DNA of 18,865 bases from a bacterium (GTDB taxonomy: Bacteria > SZUA-182 > DTGQ01). Location: contig JBFMGO010000024.1 of NCBI GenBank assembly GCA_040752695.1, positions 1 to 18,865 of the forward strand, read 5' to 3'. Shown piece by piece: positions 9,243 to 16,883 of the stretch; within the stretch, counting starts at the first letter, position 1; each line of letters opens with the position of its first letter. Below the pieces are notes generated by a model. The model made no database searches, was not told the DNA's origin, and worked only from the letters and a program-made list of their open reading frames with translations. The position numbers and the translations under genes were made by a program.

Positions 9243-10064
9243 CTACAGAGCAGTAGCCGTGGCCGGTAATACCGTGCTCAGGGTCGTGGTGGGTGCGGAG
9301 GTGAGTGTAGGAGTCGTTGTCCCGCCAAGTAAACTGCTCAGACCGGATAATCCACTCAGTCCACTCATCATCATGTACGGATTCATCATTCCCATGCCGA
9401 GTCCGAGTCCGCTCAATCCGCTCAGACCGCTCAGGCTGCTTAATCCGCTCAATCCGCTCAATCCGCTATATAAACCGCCGTACATACCATATAACCCGCC
9501 ATATAACCCGCCATACATACCACCGTACATACCATACATACCGCCGTACATGCCGCCATAGCCCAATCCGCTCAGACCGCTCAGGCTGCTTAATCCGCTC
9601 AACCCGCTCAAGCCGCTATACAACCCGCCATACATACCGTACATGCCGCCCAGGCCGCCATAGCCTAATCCACTTAATCCGCTCAGGCTGCTTAATCCGC
9701 TCAACCCGCTCAAGCCGCTATACAACCCGCCATACATACCGTACATGCCGCCCAGGCCGCCATAGCCTAATCCACTTAATCCGCTCAGGCTGCTTAATCC
9801 GCTCAAGCCGCTATACAACCCGCCATACATACCACCCAACCCGCCGTAGCCGTACATGCTGCCTAACCCACCGTACAATCCGCCATACATGCTGCCAAGA
9901 CCACCACCGTACAAACCTGCGTATCCTCCATACAGGCCGCTGCCATAGGTGCTGTACTGTGCATAACCCAAACCGGAAGAAAACAGAAAAAGACCAAAAG
10001 AGAGAACCACTGATAATACCATAATTTTAATGTTATTTTTGAAAGACATATCCTTTAACCCCAT
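9243..10064 (-). CDS. Secreted Gly/Tyr/Leu/Ser/Met-rich low-complexity repeat protein of unknown function
   Basis: 273 aa ORF; Lys-containing N-region, hydrophobic stretch (IMVLSVVLSFGLFLFSS) and G-Y-A|QY cleavage-like site; alternating YGG[LM] and SGL blocks; Thr/Ala/Pro tail; followed by a terminator. Alternative start ATG at 10049. Confidence 0.85.
   Translation of the reverse strand: MGLKDMSFKNNIKIMVLSVVLSFGLFLFSSGLGYAQYSTYGSGLYGGYAGLYGGGLGSMYGGLYGGLGSMYGYGGLGGMYGGLYSGLSGLSSLSGLSGLGYGGLGGMYGMYGGLYSGLSGLSGLSSLSGLSGLGYGGLGGMYGMYGGLYSGLSGLSGLSSLSGLSGLGYGGMYGGMYGMYGGMYGGLYGGLYGMYGGLYSGLSGLSGLSSLSGLSGLSGLGLGMGMMNPYMMMSGLSGLSGLSSLLGGTTTPTLTSAPTTTLSTVLPATATAL
9577..9806. repeat. 102-bp intragenic tandem repeat (~2.2 near-identical copies; 34-aa unit)
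   Basis: CCGCTCAGGCTGCTTAATCCGCTCAA recurs at 9577, 9679 and 9781 (period 102); a further related copy begins at 9427. Built from 9- and 12-bp sub-repeats. Confidence 0.92.
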
Positions 10065-10419
10065 ATAATTCTAAGAAATTGTTTTTTAGGTTATTCAGTT
10101 TCAGTTAACGATTATCATACTCCTAAAGGCAAATACATTTTGGTAAAAAAACACATCGGATCAAAAGCCCCTGTTTTTTTATCTCATTTGTCAGCATATG
10201 CACCTTAAGAGTGTCAAACCTGCATTATACTATCAAACACCACCTTTCCTGTTTCCCTATAGCATTTAGCCAGGGATGATATGCCCATTTGAGCATTGGC
10301 CGCTCATTCCCTTATCCTGCCAGAGACAAGAAGCAGTATAATTCCTTCTTCCCTTTGCTCTCATAGAATGGCAAGCAGATCAAGAAACGATGAAGAAGAC
10401 AAAAAAGTATCTCTCCTCA

Positions 10420-10545
10420 AGGTTGTCGAGGCTGTAAGGCTTGCAGGTTGAAGGCTGTTAAGTCTAAAAGCCTTTTTTGGAGAAAGGAACGCATTGTCTC
10501 CCCCTGTAGTCTAAAGGCCTACAGTCTATTTCCCTGAGCAGTTAC
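10420..10545. repeat. Degenerate AGG[CT]TG[TA] heptamer array with an inverted partner arm
   Basis: Left arm AGGTTGT, AGGCTGT, AGGCTTG, AGGTTGA, AGGCTGT (10420-10458); right arm CCTGTAGTCTAAAGGCCTACAGTCT (10503-10527) reads AGACTGT-AGGCCTT-TAGACTAC-AGG on the other strand; ends in CTGAGCAGTTAC. Confidence 0.45.
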
Positions 10546-11032
10546 GTATATGGTTATTATTTACCCCTTTGTTTTAAGTATAGGGTTCCAGGGAGAACAA
10601 TTTCTCATACTGAGCGGATGTAAGATTCGGATAGAATACAGATGGAGGCGGACAGGTTTAATGAGAACTTCTCCTCGTGCGTGAAAACTCTTGAGATGGA
10701 GATTATGGATGGATACTTTGAATGGTAATGAGGCGGAGTTTCCAAAGTTGCCCCCCATGTACTCAAGAAATAAAATAAATATTTCCCAAAATTTAGACTC
10801 AAGACGAAGGAATACCCGCCTGACTTACGATAAAAAAGTAGTGGGCTGAAAATAAATTGCATTCATGGAAAATATCCAACAAATAAGACATATACTTAGC
10901 AACTGGTTACAAGAAAAAGAGACCGGCATGGAAAACATGGGAAAAAAGCCTTATCTGCTTATGGATAATTCATCTGCCAATTCGAAATCCCCAAGGATAT
11001 TAAAAAAGTGAAAGGAGCTTTGGCAAAAGAGT

Positions 11033-13165
11033 ATGAGTGACTATTCCAGTCAGTACTACCTGGTGATAAGGCCCCTTGCTGAAGACCCCTCTATAGTGGA
11101 TCTGCACCTTGAATCCCTATCTGCTGCGACCGGACTGGATAAAATGACCCTGAAGCAGAAGCTGACCGGAACCGCCTTGCGAGTTTTGAAGGTTCATCAA
11201 GACCAGGCCGTTTTGGAGGAACTGTCCCGGAAACTGGGCGGGTGCGGCCTTTTGAGTTCCGCGATTATCAGCAAGAGCGAACTGGGAGGCGTCAAAAAGC
11301 CCCTTCGCTGCTCAAGCATTGAGATCGGCCAAAGGTCCATAACCTTTCTCTCTGCGCAATCCGGGGAGATTCTTTCTCTTGACAGCTCCCAAAGCTGCCT
11401 TCTCGTTTTGAGCACAGGTAACTTTAAGAGGCTGCAAGGGAAGCGTCTGGCCAGACTTGCCATGAACACGGGCACTTCCTATCCGGTATCAGAGTCTTTG
11501 TCATATATCTTTCGCAATAATCCCATGATGGATATTTATGTCGATGGCTTCGACACAGCGGTAAGAATAGATAGTACAAAATTTAATTACAGTTGCCTGG
11601 GACAGTCCAATAAGTATACGACCTTTCATAACTTTCCGGTCATTATGAAAGAAATCGGCAGGATTTGTCCATCAACGATGCTCGATATTGGTCTTGGGGA
11701 AAATGAACTGCCATTCCTCGACTTAACAGGAGAAGACGTTAAATGGGAGCAGGAATTCACCCTTTACTCCAGCTTTATATCCCTGGCTCGCCAAAAGGGG
11801 ATTTTCACGGCACAGAATGGAAATGGGAACGGAAACGGAAAGGGAGAAGGAGAGAGCACTGATACCGATAGGGGCACCGATAAGGGTCCCGTTTTGGATG
11901 GATGCCTATCGGGCGCATTAACAGGAAAGAACGCATTAACAATAGAGAATATGAACGGGATTATCTGGGCTGGTCCCTTTCTTCTGTCCGGGAAAAATCA
12001 TAATCAAAAGCCGGTCCACCCCGGCATCGATGAGGTCACCGCTCAGGAAGCGTTCAGCCTCCCCTCTCCTCCGGAAGGGATAGCGCCCTTTAGATCCTCC
12101 CAGATGTCGGCAATCTCCTTCCTGCCAAATTTTTTGCGGGGCGATCGGCGATGGATAAAAACTCTTGGCCCTCCCTCTCTCGTGTACCCCCTGGGTTTTC
12201 TTGCGATTATCTCCTTTGGCCTGGCCTTAAACATGAAAAGCCTGACCCCTCTTCCCCTGGGCTTCTTATCACTTGGACTTATATTCTTTATCCATTCATT
12301 CGTTCTCTTACAGCGAAAGAAGACCATTGAGAACTGCCCCACCAGCAGGATACGCTCGATGCCCATGGGGCAGGTGGAGCTCAAAGGTTATGCCAGACAA
12401 AAGTACTGCCTGAAATCGCCGTATACGTTTACAGACTGTGTTTACTATGCATATAAAATCTACGAAAAGGTGAAAACCGACAAAGGGCAAAGGGAAATAC
12501 TGAGAGAGTATGGCCACAGCGGCTCTATACCCTTTTACCTGGAGGATGAAACAGGGAGAGTACTTATCCTTCCTGATAAGGCCACCATCAATGCCGGCAT
12601 CACGCAGTCGATGTGGGGAGACCCGATCGTGAAGATTTTCGGGGCAAGCCCTTCGTGCACCGGTGATGATAAAAAAATTGTGGAGACTGTTGTCCCCACA
12701 GGCCAGTTCCTGTATGTGTTCGGCTTTGCCCGGCGGTTAAAGACGAGCATCCAGGAGAAGAAAAAGAGGATGATCGAAAAGCTCCGCTCACTGAAGGAAA
12801 ATAAGGATCTGTTGAAGGAATACGATCTTGACCGTGACGGCACGATCAGCCAGGAAGAGTGGGATATGGCCAGGAAAGGTGTGGAAGAGGAAATATTGCT
12901 TGAAGAGCTCTCTTCGAAGGATACCAATGATAGAGTGGCTGTCGGTGAGCACCCCTCAGGAGGGTTCTTCTATATATCGGACAAACAGGAAGAGTGCTTG
13001 CTTGGGTCCATGTCCTGGAAAATACCGCTTTTTCTCATCCTGGGTATAGCAGGTATCGCCGGAGGAACCCTTTACCTGGTAAAATTTTTTCAAGACAAAG
13101 CTCTGCTGCAGGAACTGATGCACGTGATGAAGGGTTTGGTGATCAGCAGCGGTAAAATTCATTGA
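11033..13165 (+). CDS. Membrane protein with GIDE/BAM-like domain, inserted EF-hand loop and long unknown N-terminal region
   Basis: 710 aa; two adjacent hydrophobic helices (LVYPLGFLAIISFGLAL; LPLGFLSLGLIFFIHSFVLL), then IENCPTSRIRSMPMGQVELKG...L.SP.T...CVYY.Y.I.E...PFYLEDETGRVLI.P, which I recognise as the bacterial GIDE pattern; DLDRDGTISQEE EF-hand; C-terminal TM helix. AAGGAG lies 14 nt before the ATG, so the exact start is uncertain. Confidence 0.8.
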   Translation: MSDYSSQYYLVIRPLAEDPSIVDLHLESLSAATGLDKMTLKQKLTGTALRVLKVHQDQAVLEELSRKLGGCGLLSSAIISKSELGGVKKPLRCSSIEIGQRSITFLSAQSGEILSLDSSQSCLLVLSTGNFKRLQGKRLARLAMNTGTSYPVSESLSYIFRNNPMMDIYVDGFDTAVRIDSTKFNYSCLGQSNKYTTFHNFPVIMKEIGRICPSTMLDIGLGENELPFLDLTGEDVKWEQEFTLYSSFISLARQKGIFTAQNGNGNGNGKGEGESTDTDRGTDKGPVLDGCLSGALTGKNALTIENMNGIIWAGPFLLSGKNHNQKPVHPGIDEVTAQEAFSLPSPPEGIAPFRSSQMSAISFLPNFLRGDRRWIKTLGPPSLVYPLGFLAIISFGLALNMKSLTPLPLGFLSLGLIFFIHSFVLLQRKKTIENCPTSRIRSMPMGQVELKGYARQKYCLKSPYTFTDCVYYAYKIYEKVKTDKGQREILREYGHSGSIPFYLEDETGRVLILPDKATINAGITQSMWGDPIVKIFGASPSCTGDDKKIVETVVPTGQFLYVFGFARRLKTSIQEKKKRMIEKLRSLKENKDLLKEYDLDRDGTISQEEWDMARKGVEEEILLEELSSKDTNDRVAVGEHPSGGFFYISDKQEECLLGSMSWKIPLFLILGIAGIAGGTLYLVKFFQDKALLQELMHVMKGLVISSGKIH

Positions 13166-13327
13166 ATAAGGGAGCCGGAACCTGGAGCAAGGGGATAGGA
13201 GAGCCTTCTATGTATCCAGCATTCAGATGACGGGAAGTCATTGCCCGTGCAGCGCGCCTTGATCCTGCTGCGTTAAACGCCAGGCAGGCTGTGTACATGG
13301 CCGCCACAGGCGGAGCAAAGGACCGTT

Positions 13328-13352
13328 GTAGAGCCGCAGGCTTTAACCTGCG
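13328..13352 (+). repeat. REP-like palindrome (GTAG + GC-rich hairpin)
   Basis: GTAGAGC-CGCAGG-CTTTAA-CCTGCG; a second hairpin GGGCGGT-GTGGT-ATCGCCC lies at 13373-13391. Confidence 0.5.
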
Positions 13353-13476
13353 CAGTACCGAAAGGCAGAGAGGGGCGGTGTGGTATCGCCCGTTTTTCTA
13401 TGGCCGTTATTGTGCAACGCCCTGTACCCTGCCATTTCGCACTATTCATCTCATTTTTCTTAAGGGGGGCTTGGAT

Positions 13477-14052
13477 ATGATCAGCACGACGGCTACTGTT
13501 GTCATGGTTGTCTTTTTGTTTCTCCTTTTAGCTTTTATTCTCTACTTTGTAAATATCTATAACGGCCTGGTCACGGTAAAAAACAATGCAGATAAGTCTT
13601 GGAGTAATATCGATGTTCTTTTAAAGCAAAGGCACGACGAGCTTCCTAAATTGGTTGCAGTCTGTGAGCGCTATATGAAGCATGAGGCACAAACTCTCGA
13701 GAAGGTCATTCAGGCCCGCTCGATGATGGCAGGTGCACAGACCATGCACGAGAGGGGACAGGCTGAGGGTATTCTCACCGGAGCGCTCAAATCACTTTTT
13801 GCCGTATCCGAAAATTATCCTGAACTGAAGGCAGATAAAAGATTCGGCCAGCTCCAGTCGCGGATAACTGAACTGGAAAACGAAATAGCGGACAGGAGAG
13901 AATTTTTTAACGAAAGCGTCAATATCTACAACATCTGTCTTGAAAAGATCCCCGATGTCTTTGTAGCCAGGCTCTTAAACTACCAGTCCAGGGAACTTTG
14001 GCAAATAAACCCCAAGGACCGGGAGGACGTTGAGATAGCCTTTTCTTATTAG
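13477..14052 (+). CDS. lemA: LemA family protein (191 aa)
   Basis: Single N-terminal TM helix, then YNGLV..KN..DKSWSNIDVLLKQR.D..P.LV, Y..HE..TL, LFAVSENYPELKA..F..LQ..I.ELEN.IA.RR.FFN..V..YN...P. Start moved from the ORF-track GTG at 13291 to ATG 13477, which follows AAGGGGGG. Confidence 0.95.
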   Translation: MISTTATVVMVVFLFLLLAFILYFVNIYNGLVTVKNNADKSWSNIDVLLKQRHDELPKLVAVCERYMKHEAQTLEKVIQARSMMAGAQTMHERGQAEGILTGALKSLFAVSENYPELKADKRFGQLQSRITELENEIADRREFFNESVNIYNICLEKIPDVFVARLLNYQSRELWQINPKDREDVEIAFSY

Positions 14053-14163
14053 TACCATGTCGGGGCAATGAATACAAAGGGAAAGGGGAAGAGAGGTAAA
14101 GGTGCCGGTCTTTTATCAACCTGGCTGAACTCCCAAAAAGATCCTCCAAAAATGAGAGCCTGT

Positions 14164-14208
14164 TCCCCCCTGCACAGATTCAGAGGATTTTGAAATAAGC
14201 AGGGGGGA
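14164..14208. terminator. Inverted repeat between convergent lemA and glycoside hydrolase genes; possible terminator
   Basis: Perfect 10-bp stem TCCCCCCTGC (14164-14173) / GCAGGGGGGA (14199-14208); T-tracts are weak. Confidence 0.4.
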
Positions 14209-14214
14209 TATTTA

Positions 14215-14281
14215 GAGGCTATCCCAAAACCTCCAGCAACGGGCGAATCATCTGCCCCAAATGGAGTTTTGGGATAGGCTC
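14215..14281. mobile_element. 67-bp MITE-like element with IS5-family-like ends
   Basis: Terminal inverted repeats GAGGCTATCCCAAAAC / GTTTTGGGATAGGCTC (15/16 match), flanked on both sides by TTA (14212-14214, 14282-14284); no coding capacity. Confidence 0.7.
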
Positions 14282-14432
14282 TTAGCCGCCACGAGATTGT
14301 CAATATAAGCTGTCCTGAAGAATGGATGAATATTTATCTTAGAGGCAACGATGCCAGGCCGCCGGTGCCGGATTACATCGAGCAGCGCATCACACCCCCT
14401 CCCCGGCCTGTGTTCATAAGAGGTCCCTTAAG

Positions 14433-16883
14433 CTAGCGTGAATACACTCCCTGGCAGAATAGCGAGTCCAGAACGCAGCAGGGTGGTAACCAGGGTGACA
14501 GCCAGGGCGTCGGCGTATAGGTGCTCAACCAGTAGGGGATAAAGAAATAATCCTGGCAAGGCTCAACGAGCGCGGCCTCAGAAGAATGGGATAGAACCCT
14601 GGAAGAGCGAACGAAAACAGCCGAAACCGGGCCATAGAAGGTGCTTCGCCCATTGTTATCTATTTCTTCGAGCTTATAATAATAGGTAACACCGAACCTG
14701 ACCTTATCATCGGTATAGGAATATTCCCCCCCTTCGGTGGCGTTGCCTGTTGATTCTATCAGTCGGGGGTTGATTTTCTTGTATTCCCCGTTTTCCTGGT
14801 TGCTGCGCCAGAGGTTAAACCCTGCGGTGTCGATTTCACTTAAGGTGCGGAAGGTGATGATGATCTTTTTTTCTTTTGGGAAAGGCACCGCAGTGAACTG
14901 ACCTAATTCGATCAGGGTCGGCGTGGCAAGCTCATAGACGTGAACCTCGTAAGGAAGGAAATTGTCCGAGAAATGGCCGTTCGATGCTGTGATCTGCCTG
15001 CCATTTTCAAACAGGACAGAAATGACCGATGGTTTGTAGGTCAGATTGTTTTGAAAGGATACCGAAGTGATGTTCTCGTCTAAGGTATTGACTGCGAAGA
15101 GGTAATATTGAGTGTCCATTTTCATCAGCTTATAATCGATGCTGCTGTTGTCGCAGGTGATATCATTGTCGGCGGCTTTCTGAGTAGAGAGGAAAACCTG
15201 CCTCAATGTCTTGATTTCGCTTGCTATTTTCTTTACGGCTGCCCACTGCGTTTCATAATAGTCTTTGGAGCGTATATCGAAGTAGGAGTAATAGATAAGC
15301 CCCTTGGCCCCATGATTGGTAGCCAGATAGGTCATGGCCCGCATCTCTTCGGGGGTAGGGAGCCGACCGGGACGGCCGTAATTGCTCTGATCGAATATCT
15401 GTGGGACCAGCCACAGGGGTCTGTATCCCCGGCCAGCCTCTTTGGCCCAATCGGCCATTTGGGAAACCAAGGTAATCGGACTCGAAGGTATCGGGTAGGG
15501 GTCTACTCCCAGGATATCCGTCGTGTGGGCTTCTCCGATCAGATCTCCTTTTTGGAAATGAACCGACCAGACCGGGTGATTCTCGTCAAGCTCTCTTACC
15601 TTTTGATACCGGGCTTCAAGCTCAGGCAGATACGAAAGGCCTTTCTCATCATTCATATACCAGCTTATGACCGCCGGATAGCCCTGGTAAGCATTCACCT
15701 TCTGGGTGATGGTATCAAGATCGGCCTGGCCGTTGCCGATATAATCCTTCAGAGAATAGATGAGGTTAAGATTTTTCGAGTGAAGATAATCCAGGTAACT
15801 GGCAATTTGTTGAGGATTGCCGACATTGACCGCGTAATTCATGATGGTATCGAAGGGACTGTCAGCCACTTCATCTACACGAGTGTAATTCACCCGGTAA
15901 TCGTCTCCCATATAGATGCCTATCGGGAAGAATGGCTCTCCATTGAGGATAAAGCGATTGTCGCTGTCGATATACGAGGTGAGATGTGAAAAGCGCTCAT
16001 TTGAAAGTTTATCCAGTGAATAGGCATTTTGGGAGAGCAAATCACCGGTTTTAGCCGAAAGATCTATCGTCAGGGCATACTTTCCTGCCGGAGTGCTTTC
16101 TGGAATATCCAGGCTGACCGTGAACGTATCAGATGAGAGGGAGTTGAGATTCTTTTGGACTATGGTATCGCCAATCTGGTCTTTCAGTGTGGCCGTAACA
16201 TTCAGTTGGTCCAGGGTCAGTCCATATCCTCCGGGATTTAAGGTAATTTCCACCTCTATTTCAGGGGAGGGTGCGCCCGGCAGGATCTTGCCCGCATAGT
16301 TGGGACGTAAGATAAAAGAGCTGAGGAGAGGTGCCAGCGAATTATCCACAATTATGTCGTCATACCAGGCGGTCCCGGTTGATCCCCTGGCCAGTTCAAG
16401 ATAGAGGATCGCTTTGTTTGCCGTTTCCGGTGCCAGTACAGAGGGAAGGCTTATGAATTTCCATTCGTTGATTCCGGTAATCTTTGGGAATCCCCATTCT
16501 CCACCGAGCCATTCGCTGTTATGGAGCCATTCAATAAATATGCTTGCTCCAGGGCCGGTGACATTCTGGGTTTTGATCCAGGCCCCAACTAGATACGATT
16601 TGCCTCCGGTTACGGAGATTCCCGGCTGCCCGACCAGGTCGTAGGTAGAAGAACTCGTGTAGGTAACTTTAAGGCTTTTACTGCCGGAATGAGATACGTC
16701 TCCCACATAGGTCCAGTGCCCGCCCCCTCTCCACGGCCATGAGGCAGGCCAGTTCCCTGCACTTTGCTCAAACCCGGGATTAGGAACTGCATTCTCAGCC
16801 CAGGCTGTTCCACTTGCTACAATGCCCATGAGCATTCCTATAAGAAGGCATGAAATGGTTCGCACTTTCCGAGATTTTGTCAT
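14433..16883 (-). CDS. Secreted multidomain glycoside-hydrolase-like protein: CBM4/9-like domain, Ig-like linker, TIM-barrel, C-terminal Fn3/Ig-like domain
   Basis: Preferred start ATG 16883 (after AAAGGGGA; 816 aa; ORF track starts at 16937). Signal peptide ending TAWA|EN; NPGFE...HSGSKSLKV...G.SY.V..WIKT...GTAWYDDI carbohydrate-binding-module pattern; NGEPFFPIGIY...PAVISWYMNDE...DENHP...DILGVDPYP...GAKGLIYYSY barrel pattern; PTLIELGQFTA...EIDTAGFNLWRS...YSYTD...YYYKLEEID beta-sandwich. Confidence 0.8.
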   Translation of the reverse strand: MTKSRKVRTISCLLIGMLMGIVASGTAWAENAVPNPGFEQSAGNWPASWPWRGGGHWTYVGDVSHSGSKSLKVTYTSSSTYDLVGQPGISVTGGKSYLVGAWIKTQNVTGPGASIFIEWLHNSEWLGGEWGFPKITGINEWKFISLPSVLAPETANKAILYLELARGSTGTAWYDDIIVDNSLAPLLSSFILRPNYAGKILPGAPSPEIEVEITLNPGGYGLTLDQLNVTATLKDQIGDTIVQKNLNSLSSDTFTVSLDIPESTPAGKYALTIDLSAKTGDLLSQNAYSLDKLSNERFSHLTSYIDSDNRFILNGEPFFPIGIYMGDDYRVNYTRVDEVADSPFDTIMNYAVNVGNPQQIASYLDYLHSKNLNLIYSLKDYIGNGQADLDTITQKVNAYQGYPAVISWYMNDEKGLSYLPELEARYQKVRELDENHPVWSVHFQKGDLIGEAHTTDILGVDPYPIPSSPITLVSQMADWAKEAGRGYRPLWLVPQIFDQSNYGRPGRLPTPEEMRAMTYLATNHGAKGLIYYSYFDIRSKDYYETQWAAVKKIASEIKTLRQVFLSTQKAADNDITCDNSSIDYKLMKMDTQYYLFAVNTLDENITSVSFQNNLTYKPSVISVLFENGRQITASNGHFSDNFLPYEVHVYELATPTLIELGQFTAVPFPKEKKIIITFRTLSEIDTAGFNLWRSNQENGEYKKINPRLIESTGNATEGGEYSYTDDKVRFGVTYYYKLEEIDNNGRSTFYGPVSAVFVRSSRVLSHSSEAALVEPCQDYFFIPYWLSTYTPTPWLSPWLPPCCVLDSLFCQGVYSR

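Noticed and set aside
9410..9830. Repeat array considered as a CRISPR
   Set aside because: Units are contiguous, codon-phased and have no unique spacers; no cas genes in the window.
9259..10024. Pro-rich (9259-9561) and Arg/His/Thr-rich (9317-10024) plus-strand ORFs
   Set aside because: Open only because the repeat lacks stops; the minus frame has the signal peptide and the downstream terminator.
9243..10064. Gly-rich protein considered as a RiPP/bacteriocin precursor
   Set aside because: No modifying enzymes, peptidase-transporter or repeated cleavage sites nearby; leader looks like an ordinary Sec signal.
10561..10862. Short minus-strand ORFs (65 and 85 aa) in the AT-rich spacer
   Set aside because: Overlapping frames, atypical composition and no family motifs; no support for coding.
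13291..13476. 62-aa N-terminal extension of LemA in the ORF track
   Set aside because: Runs through REP-like hairpins; ATG 13477 has an SD and gives a normal LemA length and TM position.
15108..15989. 293-aa plus-strand ORF
   Set aside because: Antisense shadow of the glycoside-hydrolase-like gene; no independent motifs.
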